A stretch of DNA of 64,000 nt, taken from the NCBI GenBank assembly GCA_001643675.2, contig LSRY02000017.1, forward strand, positions 1,583,473-1,647,472, written 5' to 3'. Made by a program: the position numbers and the translations under genes. Shown piece by piece: positions 23,735 through 36,239 of this stretch; position 1 is the first letter of the stretch; every line of letters starts with the position of its first letter. Below the pieces are notes generated by a model. That model searched no databases. It was not told the DNA's origin and saw only the letters and a program-made list of their open reading frames with translations. This DNA is from Monocercomonoides exilis PA203 (Eukaryota; Protista; Preaxostyla).

Positions 23735-26700
23735 CTGAGAAGTTGAATTTGATTTAGAGATTGCATCTTCAATCACCTTCTCAACAGAAAGTGGCTGAGA
23801 CTCAAGTTCCTCCACATCCACATAAAATTCTGTTGCTGTTGGGCTGTCAATCACAACAGACACGTCGCCTGGTTTTGTTGGGGTGGATGCTGTTTCGAAG
23901 GGGTTTGGCAGCATCTTCGGAGGAGCAGCGAATGAAGCAGCAGAAGGAGACATAGGCGGTGTGGCTGAAGGAGAGGGTGTGTATGAAGGAGAGACAGACG
24001 AACGATGTTTGCTGGTTGGACGGGAAAGTCTGTTGCGAGAGGAACAAGAAGCAGAAGAAGCAGGCGAGGCAGCAGGAGACATCGCTCTTCTGTCGCCGTG
24101 CTGAAGGTGCTGCATGCTCATGTCAGAACCAGGTGATAGAGGACGGGTGTTGCGAGAGGGAGACAAAAGACGGCGCTTTTGCGAGTTGGGAGAAATGACA
24201 TGTTGCGAACGAGGAGGAGAAAGAAGGCGAGGAAGAGAGAAAGACGAAGAAGATGAAGAAGAAGAAGTCAGACGCTTGCCAGCAGAAGGCGAGACGACAT
24301 CGCGTTGGAGTGGAGCCAGCAGCCTTTGCGATGGTGGAGAGGCGATGCGGACACGTTTTGGGGGAGAAAGAAGGCGAGGGACTTGAGAAGAGCCAGCCAG
24401 ATGAGCCTGTGGGTGGTGGATGAGAGAGGCAGAGGAAGAGGACGACTGGAGAGTAGGCGAAAGAGAGGGGAGGGTGGTGGCAGCGACGATGGTGTAGCCA
24501 GGGCGGAAGAGAGAAGAGGTAGAAATGGATGTGTCGGGTGCAGGAAGAGACGAGAACTGCGGGAAAGGCTTCATCGGCGTGAGTGTCACGAAGAACTGCG
24601 GGGCAAACAGCACCTGCGAAATGCGGATGAAAGGCAGGATGGGCGACTGGTCAGTCAGCGAGCGGGTGAATGTGCCGTCGCCTGCGCCTGTCAGAAGCAC
24701 GGGGAAATACGACGAGATGAGCTCTGCACGCTCTTTGTTCTCTGCTTCACAGGCAGCAGATGTGGAAGAGATTGAAGAAGAGGATGCGAACGAAGATGAT
24801 GAAGGTGAAGGGGTGGAGGAAGGGGAAGTGGAAGAGGAGGATGACAGAAACATGGTGGAATCTGACTGGACAACTTCAGAATTTGTCGATTGGAAAGAAG
24901 AAGAAAGCAGAGATTGTGGGTCATTTGAGACCGGCAGTGCAACAGAAGAGCGTGTGATAACGTCGACGCCTTCCTTCTGGGAGAGTGGGTAGATTAGAGG
25001 ATAAGGGTGTGTCTCAGCTTTGATGGTGCACTGGTTGGTCTGCGTGATTGGGATGCGCGAGACAGCGATGTGTCTGTTGGAGTATGCAGTGATGGTGAAG
25101 CGGAGGTCTCTCTTCCGCTTCGGCGCATTCATCATTGAGACGACCATCGTGTAGTATCCTTCGAAGTCGTCTTCAATCTTCTCCAGCGAGTACATCCATA
25201 CGCGATACATCGTCGGGTCCACCCGGCTGTCCACACACGCCACGCGGCACACCACCGGCGGCCGGGCAATCGGACGCGGCTTCTTCTGCATGTTCCCTTC
25301 GGCATCTGCTTCGGTGACGGTGTGCACGTGGAAGCGCAGCCCTATCGCCGGGTCTGGTGGCTCCAGCAGCTCGTCCTCGTCAAGGTCTTCCCAGTGCCGC
25401 TCGAGCAGAAACCAGTAGCGCTGGCTCTTCTCCTTCCGCACGAGATACTGCGGAGAATAGAACGTCCGCTGCATCTCGTCGTCGTGCTGGTGCTGCGCCT
25501 CAAACACGCAGTGGAACGTCTGCTGCGTCGGAAAGAGCAGCGGAGACCAGGAAAGATTGAGGGAGCTGAAGTGCCGGCAGAGGCTCTCCCAGTCGATGTA
25601 GAAGATGCCGTTGTCTGTGCCTGCTGCTGTGTCTGGGTCGTAACGCAGCGCCTTCCGCAGCTCAGGAGTCCACGACGCGGAATCGCCTGGGCTAAGCTTC
25701 CCGCGCCAGCCGCGCTGCATTGACGGTGCCCGCATCTTCAGGATCTTCTGCCCTTCGACCTCCTTCACGTCCAGAATGGCATAGCCTGTGTCTGCCAGTA
25801 GCCCTGTGCTTTCGGTGATCGCGTCAGGCAGCTCCTGGTCGGTGCAGGCAGTCGCCAGAAGCGTGGCTGTGGCATACCCTTCATACAGCTCTTCCCAATG
25901 GTCTTCCATCTCGTCGTCTTTGCCTTCAGACGCACTGCTTGAACTGCTGCTGCCATCCCCGTCTTCCTCGCTCAAAGGCTCCACTCTCCACATCTCAGGA
26001 ATCCATCCAGCCAGAAAATGGATGGTCTCAGCGGACAGCACATCCCACGTGGAATAAGAGTCGCCACGTACCTTCAAAAACGCCTTTTCCAGCAGCGACG
26101 CCCACAGCTCCTTCCGCCCATTTGTATAGCAGCACAAAAGAGAGTTGTTATTATCTGGCAAAGAGGAAGATGATGATGATGCCTTTTGGTTTGACGGAGT
26201 GCAAGGCAGTCTGTCGTCAATCTCCACCATGCGCCACGCACCGTTGAAGTACATCTTCACTGCATAGCGCCCAGAAGGATTGATGACACACCCTTCGTCT
26301 TCTGTCTGAGGGAATATGTTGGATGTGAGAAAGGCTATCTTCAGTCGCTCCTCTGCATATCCCAAAAGCAGAAGCGAAGAAACCACAGACGGGTCATCCA
26401 CACAGCACTGCTTCAGGTGACGCCAGCTTTTCTTTCCAAATACCGAAAGATCCTGATTGTCGCAATGGAATATACTCTTCGGTCTCATCAGCTGACAGTG
26501 TTTCTTAGCTTGTTTTTCGTTTAAGAGCACATTTGTTGTATCTTCATAGAAACGGGCTCCTTCATCATCCCTTATAACCTCATGTGCAGCTGGATTCCAA
26601 ATTGGATAGACAACTCCATGCAATTTAGAGGAATCCTCAAGTACTTTGCGCTCTTCTTCTCCAAAATCACCAAATTTCGGTAATGCAGGGTATTTTGAGG

Positions 26701-27253
26701 GAATAATAGGCTTTACTGTGAGTGCAGGCCCTCTAACAATTACATACCTATGTGTGGCCTGTTCGGATTTCTCTTCTTGTAACGGTTCAAGGAATTCCTG
26801 GCTTGATCCTCTTCGTGGAGAAAATAATTCAGGCTGTGCTGGTGGCGGAGAGAATAATCTTGATGGTTCTCTGCTGCCTCTCTTCTTCTTTCTGAAAATT
26901 GGTATTGGAGGTTTTAAAAGTGGAATTTCATATCCCTTCATTTCTGACTTTGATGATTTCTTTGCAACAGATATTATTCGTGGCCTTGCTTTTGGTCTGC
27001 TAATAACAGAAGTCGCCTTCTGATCTTCTGTTTTTGGGAATAAAGTCAATTTCATAAAGCTAGCTTGACGCTTTTGAAGCCATTCTGGTTTTGCAGTTGA
27101 GCTAGATTCGGCTTTGTGGATTAAAGTTTCTTGTTTTCCCGTTCCACTTGAATTTTCAGATGATGTTTGTGATTGCATTCTTGAACTAAGTGTTGATGAT
27201 TGTCTTTTTATAGGTGGAAGTGGATTTTTTGATGTTCCTGAAGGTTGGACCAT
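22811..27253 (-). CDS. Calpain-7/PalB-like protein, catalytically dead (pseudoprotease)
   Basis: NPSGRYAVKMYFNGAWRMVEIDDRLP, LWASLLEKAFLKV, LAGWIPE, DSASWTPELRKALRYDP, DNGIFYIDWE are calpain-7-type motifs, but the triad positions are substituted. Confidence 0.85.
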
Positions 27254-27631
27254 TTAAATAATATTCTTTAATTAAAAAAGGAAGTTTTCATAAAAAATTT
27301 TTTGTCAGAATTTTAAAAATATTCAATGAAAATAATGAATTTATTGAACGAGCATAAAATGAATATTGGCTTTAAAATTAAAAAAAGCAAAAACAATAAA
27401 CCTATTTGAACAAAAAAGTAATGGGTTTGAATGTGGATTATTTCAAAACAATACTTAACATCGATGCTTAAGGCTATGAACAGCAAATGAATAATAAAAG
27501 CGAGAAAAGTATATTATAATTTTTCTGAATTTTGTCAATTTTTATTATTTGATATTTTTGTCTCACGGTCCGGAGCTTACACCAAATAAAATTTAAAATA
27601 TATATATAAGAAATAATAAGTCGTGAAATAT

Positions 27632-30156
27632 ATGTCTTTTTCACACTCAGAATTGTCACTTTCTGGAGATTCGTTTTCTTCAGATAGCCAAAAAGTTGAA
27701 GCATTACTGCAACAACTTGCAGTTGAAAGGGCAGATAAAGAAGCCACAATTGTATTAAACTAATTATTTTAATTATTATAGTGAACTAAAAAGTAATTAT
27801 TGGCAATCAATACTTCTTTTAGGAAAAACTGAATGAATCTTTGTCTCTTTATCAAAATCTTCAAAAAGATTATGAAGAACTCATTCCAAAATTAAAACAT
27901 AGTCAAACTTTACAAGCATCTCAGGTATTTTAATGGATTGCTTTTTATGCTCAAGAAATAATACACTTTCAAATGAACCATTTAAGATTTCTAATCTACA
28001 AGTGATGCATGATCAGATGTTTGCATTTATAATCTGAATATTTGTTTATAATTTCTTTTTTTGTTCTTGATAGAACAGAAGCACGGCAAGAAAAAATGCA
28101 AATTGAGCAAATTATGCAATTGAAGCAACAGCAGTACGAACAACTTCAAAAGGAGTTCGAACTACAGCAAATGGAATATACACGATTGAATGAGGAATGT
28201 TTGAAAATTCACTTTCTTATTTATATCACATTTTAACACATTTGAAATTAATAATATATTTGAAATATTTTAGTTCAAAAAACTCAATTTAAAATAAAAC
28301 AAATGAATTCCACTTTAAATCAAAAAGAAAAAGAGTGCAAATCCTTAAAACTTTCATTGGATCAAATGCATCAAACAGTTTGCAAAACATGATTTTTTTA
28401 TTTTAATCATTCTCCAATAATAAGGTTGAAACTCAAGCTCAGCAACTTAATGAGCAGGCTCAGATTGTAACACTTCATATTCAAGAAAACCAGTTTGTAT
28501 TATATTTCTCGGAGATATTTTTCGTTTAACTTTCGGGAAAAAATATCAAATTCTTGAAGGGCGTTGAAAAAGTCATTAAGCGAACAAGCTGAGGAAATGC
28601 AGAAATGTTCAGATATTTTGAATGTTTGGTTAATTTTTATTATTTTTATGTTTCATTCAATTTTATGACATATCTCAGCAATTTACACAACTTTCTTTTG
28701 AAAGAGAACGTTTGTGTGCTTTTGTGATTTCAATCACGAGTTGTTTTTTCTGATGTTTTTTTAGAGCTTCTTGCTGTCAACCAACATCTTCAACAAGAAA
28801 ATCAACAACTTGCATTGGAAAAAAATGCATTAGAGGTTCAATGCATCCAGTCAACGCAAGCAATTACTCAGACAGCACAAAATGCTTTTGATTCAGCAAA
28901 TTTAAAACATTCTGAGCAAATGGCAGAAATGGAAAGAAAAGTCTGCAAATAATTGATTTTGTGCTGAATATTTCAATTGACTTGTATGTAATACAATTTT
29001 GTAACATTTCTTTATCCCATTAGCTTCACGATTCAGAATTAGAATTAAATAGCAAGGCTGGGACAATACGAGAACTACAGAAAGAAATAGAACTGATGGT
29101 TAAAACGAATATGCAAATGAAAAGAATCACTGAAGATGCTCAAAAAGAGTTTGTAAAAAGAAAGAAAGAAAGCAATTTTCATTTTCCAATTTTATAATAT
29201 GTCTGATGTATTTCAATTTAACATTATTTCAGAAAAGACCAAAGACAAGCTGAAGACATTCGTTTGATGCAGCAAAAACTCGATGACAGTGAAGCCGAAA
29301 GACGAAAACTTCACCGAACGATTGAGCAGCTGGAAAGAGAATGCAGAGAAGAAAAACAAAGAATTGGAGAGATAATGAAAGCAATGGACGGGATAGTAAC
29401 AAAAGGTTGGACATTCAAAGCATTATTTTGAAATAAATAGTTTTGCAATGCAAATTGATGATAAATGTGTGATTTGATTATTTTGATGTTCAATTTTAAA
29501 ATTAGAAGAGTCAACATCATTAATGCATCAAACTGCAAATGATTTGATATCTTCAGCCATGAATGAAGAAAAAGTGCGCAAGGCAAAAGATAAAAATGAT
29601 CTCTTGAAGGAAAAAATTAAACAGTTTGTATTTTACTATTTTGATTTTGTTTGATTGAATTTTTCTGCATTGTAACGCAAAGTCTCAAAACAATTCGCGA
29701 AAAAGAAAAGCAAAAAATGGTTGGATTTCAAATTTTGCTTTGTGTCTATAAATTGATATTTGAAAAAATTACAATTGATTTTCGTTTGACTCTGTAGGAA
29801 AAAGCACAGAATGATATGAAGGAAAGATGCAAAGAAGAGATTGACAGATTAAATGCTAAGCATCAATCAGAAATCAATTTGTTCAAGCAAGAAATGCAAA
29901 AAGAGGTCTTGTTATGTTATTATTTTTTCATGCGAATCTTTTAATATTAATTTAAAATGAATTATCGAAACAATTTTTCAGATTAATAAATACATAAGAA
30001 AAATTAGGAAAATAGAACTTCAATTGGCCGAAGATCGAAGAGAAACAGAAAAACGCATGTTTCAACAGTATGACGTTTTCGAATACATTGGTGAACATTC
30101 ATTGACATAATGATTTTATTTATAGAAAGTTGACTCTTCAAAAATTAAAGGATTAA
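27632..30156 (+). CDS. Intron-rich coiled-coil protein (roughly 15 short introns)
   Basis: ATG 27632 (MSFSHSELSLSGDSF..LLQQLAVERADKE) and successive Q/E/K-rich exons of ~30-180 nt separated by GT..AG introns. Last exon reads KLTLQKLKD* (TAA 30154-30156). Confidence 0.6.
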
Positions 30157-31299
30157 ATCAAAAGGATGATATACATTAAAGGCGTATTTATGAATATTTT
30201 TTTTATTGTTTGATAATGTGTGTAATTTTTGTATTGTTATAATTAATTGCAATTGCACTGCTTGGTTTTTGTTTTGAAGTTATTTACAAAACACATTTTG
30301 AAAAAATTTATGCAAATGGAAGACGATTTATTCAAGTTATTGGTAAAAGTGGAATCAATCGACACCTCTTTTGATCACACCCATCATATTAATATTTCTC
30401 CTTTTTTTTTTCTCACATTAGCTTCCGAAATAAGTTTTTTTTTTTGGTTATATGATTTATTGTTTTCGCATCTTTTTTGCTAGGGTTAAGAAAAGGAAAA
30501 AAAGTTAGGGTTTTCCTTGAAAATCCATTTTTTTGTAAATTAATGATAAGAATGAAGATGATTTTTAATATTTGAATATAGTTATTTTCCTAAAAATTCT
30601 TTGAATATATTAAATATTTATTATTTAATATGTTGGGGAAATGATTATCTATGTTGATTTCAGGGTGTCTGTTGAATCCACTCTTACCAAGTTATTTATA
30701 AAATAATTCGGAAAATCATAATAATAATTTTTAATTTGATTTTTATTTTCATTTGTATGTATATGGGTGATTATTTTTGAAATCATATTTTTTTATTTAA
30801 AAATTTCGGTTCGAACATTTCATTTGAATATTAACTGAAGAACACTGAAAAGTGAAAATATTAATTAAAGATATCCTTTCTTTTTTTAGCTTAAACATTT
30901 GATTTTTAAATGGATATGATGAAACTTATCATTAAAATACAAAATCTGGATTAAATGACAAACAACCTTTGAATATAGATTTTGTATTCGATTGCTGAAT
31001 TCATTTCAACTGAATTATTGATAAATATTTTTGCTCTTATAAAGATGATGATGCCATTTGTATGTATTATCATTTTTCAGTGTTCTTTTTTTATGTTCAA
31101 GTGAAATCTTTAAACCGAAAAAATTGAAATAAAAAATATGCTTTCAAAAATAATCACCCATATGTCAAAATTTTTTTGTAAAGTTCATTTTGTTAAATTT
31201 ACAAATAAAGAAAAAATCTCATATTTCAATCAAATTTCTGTTTTCACTCACGAAATCACAACTTAACGGATAAAACAACGTTGCCGAGGACTTGTTTCA

Positions 31300-31998
31300 A
31301 TGGCAGCAAAATTTGGTGAGCAGGAACAGAAATTTGATCGAAATATGAAATTTTTATTTTATTTGCAAATTAAACAAAAGGAACTTTTCAAAAAAATAAA
31401 GACGTATATAAGTTCTGTGAACGTTAATATTTATTTATTCATATTAAATATCACTATTTATTGAATATGGAATGCAGAAAAAATTGATGTGGATATTTGG
31501 AGCTGTTGAACAAAAAGGTGAAGAAGATTTAGGGGATAATTTTATGGTCATAGTGCCATATTTGAAAAAAAAAAACATTATCGCAAAAATTAATAATTGA
31601 ATCAAAGAAGGAAAAACAATAATCAGCAACGAGTGGAAAGCTTCCATTTGCTTGTGAGAAATGGGTTCCACCCACCAAATAGTCTGCCACAAACATCATC
31701 ACCTTGACACTGTTTCGAAAGCCAATACAAACACTATCCAAGGAATGAAGGCACATTTACGATCTTTTTTCACAATATCAGGAGTGAAAAAAGCGATTTA
31801 TTCCTGGAGTGCTTGTAACATTCATTGTGAAAAGATCAGGTTTTATTTTCCACGGAGAATACATGGAAAAAGTTATAAAATTTTAATCTGAAGATGAATT
31901 TGAATTGGAAATTGATGATGATGAAAATGATGAAAACAAAGAAATAATTGATATCAATGATATTTTGGGAATCAAAAATGAAGAAGATACTGAATAGT
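31300..31998 (+). mobile_element. Decayed Merlin/IS1016 (IS1595/ISXO2-type) DDE transposase remnant
   Basis: Frame from 31487 reads MWIFGAVE..IIAKINN*IKEGKTIISNEWKASICL*EMGSTHQIVCH..LDTVSKANTNTIQGMKAHLR, matching the consensus WVFG.VE..I.PGT.I.SD.W.AY..L..GY.H.TVNH..VDP..HTNTIE..W. Stops at 31598 and 31655. Boundaries approximate; TIRs not found. Confidence 0.75.
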
Positions 31999-32769
31999 AA
32001 TTTTCAAAATTAAAAAGCGAGGATTCAGATTCATTTTAGAGCTGGAACAGGAGGAGATTCTTTGTCATTTGAATAATAATTAATATTTTTAAAACATAGA
32101 CATATAAAAGATTTCTAACGTTCGTTAGCATTTTTTGAGAAATAAATTCTTATTTTGAAAATTTAGAAATGAGTGTATTATGAATTCTCAGAGCAAATAC
32201 AAAACAATCACTATTCATAGACTTCTTGGTAGAATATTTATTAATTTCGCATAAATAAACAATTCTTTTTAAAAATATCAGAAAAACAAAACAAAACAAA
32301 AAATAGTTATTATACTAATAATAAATACAAAAATAAATGAATATTGAAAGGCTTCATTTAAACGTGTGTAACTTTGTAACTATTGATAGACAAAATTGGT
32401 TTCCGGATAGATCGAGAGATTATTTTCACTTCAGAACCTCAATTATAAGTACAAAAATTTCATTTACAAATATTGTTAATTATTAATTCAAATAAGCTAA
32501 GAATGAAAATACGTTTCTCAAAAAGGACATTGACAAAAAATCATATTTGAAAAATATTGATCATCGGACAGTCAGTGAAGTCAGTGACTGTAAATGGAGT
32601 CAGTATCTCACAGGGAAGAAGTTTTTCTTTTTTTCTTGAAACAAAATGTAATTTGAAGAATAAAATAAAATGAATAAATAAATTAAAATTGGTTTGTCGT
32701 ACGAAAATTCAAAAATTGCAAAAAATAATAATTTTTTCTAATACCAATACTGACGTGGATTTTTAATTA

Positions 32770-33163
32770 CATATATCGCATAAAATACCGGACATCGCAC
32801 AAAATACCGGACAAGATCGTTTGCTCAATAACCACTCAAAAAGAAAATCTGTAAAATTTCCTCAAAATATATCTCATCAATGCAAACTCAAGTGTCATTC
32901 AAGACTTTCAAAATAGCTTCATTTGTGCTCAGAGAAAATTATTTTTCTAATATCAGAGAAACTCAAAATACTATTTCTCCTTGATTTCAAAATGTTTTCT
33001 CTGAGCACAAATGAAGCTATTTTGAAAGTCTTGAATGACACTTGAGTTTGCATTGATGAGATATATTTTGAGGAAATTTTACAGATTTTCTTTTTGAGTG
33101 GTTATTGAGCAAACGATCTTGTCCGGTATTTTGTGCGATGTCCGGTATTTTATGCGATATCTG
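32770..33163. mobile_element. MITE (Tc1/mariner-type ends): 169-bp TIRs, 56-bp spacer, TA target duplication
   Basis: 32770-32938 is the near-perfect reverse complement of 32995-33163 (one mismatch seen near the terminus). TA flanks at 32768-69 and 33164-65. Each arm has a 19-bp tandem repeat ATCGCA(T/C)AAAATACCGGAC. Confidence 0.9.
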
Positions 33164-33654
33164 TACTTACTGGCGTTACAAAAATTCTAAAATCTGTAAC
33201 ACATGTTTAGTTTCATTGATGTCATTCTTATTTTACTAATTCCTAACATTTTTGCATTATAAGCAATGAAATGAATTTTTATGTTTCAATTATTATTTTG
33301 CGTTCAAGTTTCAGGGGAAAATAAATATAAAAAATCATCACGTCAATTTTGTTTTACAAAAAAAAGGCAATTCATCCACCCGCGTCACAAATATTAAGTT
33401 ATAGTAATAATAATAATAATACGTAAAAATAAATCAAATAAGTTGAAATTGAAAATGATTCACATTCATTTAAACGTAATTTGAAATATGGTTGTTTTTG
33501 ATCATTTTACAAATAATTTCAATTAAAAATATTACAATTTCTTTGATAAAATTGTATTTCTGAATTTCATAAGAAAAAGCAAACAAAGGATTCAGAAAAA
33601 CACAACACATTCTTCCATAGTTATTATTTCCGTTCATATTGTTTTTCTGCTTTC

Positions 33655-36239
33655 ATGTTTTTGGTTAGCATTTGCCTTTTTCTGTCAGCTCTCAACTCTT
33701 CCAGTTTATGCAATATCCAATCAACTGATGTGAATGACTCTTCGGAGTGTGCAGTTATGAAATCAGCTTGCAATGACCCTTTCAAAAGGAGAATTCAGTG
33801 TTCAAATGGAGAAAATGCAAATCTGAATTTTGTTTGGGAAAATTATCGAAGTACTCTTTCAACCATATTTTCATGCTGCAATTCGTCAATCACTTTGAAT
33901 ATGCTGAACTGTGCTTCTTCGAATGTGAAAGGAAAAGATTGTGTGTTTTCCAATTCAATCAACAATATCCGCGATTGCATTCTCGATAATTCACTTTTCA
34001 ATAATCATCCGTTTGCTTTGTCTGGTTGCACTGTAACTGCTTGCAACATAAGCTTGTCGTCCACAAAACACATGAACACTTTTCCAACACAAACTTCTTT
34101 TCACCTACGAAGGATACAATTAACTTCAAATTGCTCCGTTTTTGTCTCCAAATCTTCATTTTCATCTTTCACAGACACTCCAACATATGCATCTTTTGGC
34201 TGTGATGCATCGATTGCAAATGCCAATGGAATTCTTCGATGCTTCATTTCAGAGGCTGTTCTGCAACCATGTCAGACACCACGCTGGCAAATTCTTCAAT
34301 TGGAGGTCTATCAGTTTCTGATGCACACATCGCAATAGCTGATTCGAAGTTTGTTGAGAACAATCCAAAACTGAAGAAATATCCATCTCTTCGAAGAAAC
34401 ATGCTTTGCAATGACAATGGTAGCCTTCACATCAGCAGCCTCAAGGGCGGAGATGGCTCACAAAACGATTCTTCTCTTTGGGTTCTCAACTCAGGATGCA
34501 TCTTGTCTGGCATCCCCTCTGCAAGACTCTCTCCACTGTTTGTTCCTTCTCTTTTCTCTGTGACTTCCTCCAGCAGCGCCAACCAGACAACCCTCATTTT
34601 CACAGGATTTCTCCTTCTTCCATGCAACTTGACTTTCCAGCTCATCTCCAAAGTCGGAAACCTCGAGATGACCGAGAACGAGGAATTCAGTCAGGATGGA
34701 TATGTGTCGGAAAACGAAGTCCATGCAATGATTGATTCCTCCTTTCTGAACAATGCTGGAGATGAAGCAGAAGTCTCGGTGCGCATCCTGTTCGGTAGCA
34801 CTGATGCTCCATCACAAACAGAGGCATCCATCCTGAAGAACAAAACAGATTCGAAGGTTGATGATGAGGCGAAGGTTGCAAAAGGAGCAAATGGTTCAAC
34901 TCCTTCGTTATCACTGATAATTATTGTTCTTTTCGCTGTTTTGTTTTTGATTGTTCCTATTGTTGCAATTGCTTTTATTGTCAGATGGAAAAAGCAAAAG
35001 AGGAGAACAGAAGAACTGGAGTTGATTGTTGAAGACACAGTGAAAAAGGATCCAAAGGTATTTGAAATGGTGACAATGGAGATGTCTCCCGAGGAACAGT
35101 GGAGAAGAGCAGAGAAGGAGGCAGAGAAGAAGAATGAAGAGAGGATAAAGAAGAGGGTGAATGCAAAAAGTTTGGGACATTCAGAATCATCAGAGCATCT
35201 TCTGCCTGAGAGTGGATCAACAGAATACATTCTGGGAAAAGACTCAGACAAGATCCCTGATTGGATGCTGGAGAAGGTTGATGAAAAGGAAGAAGAAGAA
35301 GAAGAGACAAGAAAGCAGACTCCATCGCCATCCATCTCATCCACTTTAACAACTGATTCGGATTCAACATTTGATCGATCAGAGAGTCTATGCCCAACCA
35401 CCTCATCCATGTCGAATCTGGTGGATGCAATTGCCTGTTCATCGCCTCATGAAAAATTGATTGTGGACTTGAGGGATTCGTTGTTCATGTTGCTTCATGG
35501 GAGAAATGAGAAAAAAGAGATGGCAATTGGGAGTTTGCAGGAGAGGGAGCAGACAGCTTCCCAAATCCTGTTCTGAGTGGCAAATCTCGCACTTCACTCC
35601 TTTGATGAGATGGAAAATGGATTATCTTCTCTTTCCAATCTCAGTCCTCATATTGTTCTATTCTCAGAACACATGGTCATCTGCATTGTGATACATTCCG
35701 ATTTTTCTTCTGATGACAGTTCAGACTCATCATCCATCTCTTCATCGACTGTTGTAACATCTGCTAGCGATGATGATGATGATGATTCCCTGCCCTCATC
35801 TGCCTTTGAGGATGAGGATGACTTCAGGAAAGAGTGTCTGAGATGGAAGGCGCCTGAGCTGCTGATCAACAAGAAGACGGGAGCGACTAAGAAGTCGGTG
35901 GTGTTTTCGATTGGGATGATGGTGTGGGAGTGTCTGACGCTCCAGATCCCATTCGCTGAATATGACCCAGAAACAGCTGGACAGAAGATTATCAACGGGG
36001 AGAGGATGTGTCTGAACAGCATCCACCAATCATCGTTGGCTGCTGTTGCCACAAAGTGTGTGGCATCCCAGTGGAGAGATAGACCCGGACTTGACCAACT
36101 CAAGCGCGAATTCATTCAGCACTTCCCACCTGGTGCAGCCATCCTCACCATGTCTGATGCCGTTGCCTGCGCTCCTGCAAGCCGATGCGCTTCTGGATAT
36201 GAAACAAATGGCACTCTCGATGCTTGCATGGGCAACTAG
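33655..36239 (+). pseudogene. Disrupted receptor-like gene: signal peptide, Ser/Cys-rich ectodomain, TM, degenerate tyrosine-kinase-like C-lobe
   Basis: ORFs 33655-34338, 34239-35576 and 35577-36239 join through a frameshift near 34240 and an in-frame TGA at 35574. TM LIIIVLFAVLFLIVPIVAIAFIV; RWKAPE and VFSIGMMVWECLTLQIPF kinase motifs; no HRD/DFG. Confidence 0.75.

Noticed and set aside
35574-35576. TGA at expected Trp positions (also 31598) as a sign of a recoded genetic code
   Set aside because: Intact genes end in TGA (DRC1, USP, GNA1), TAA and TAG, and use TGG for Trp. Both cases sit in otherwise damaged sequences.
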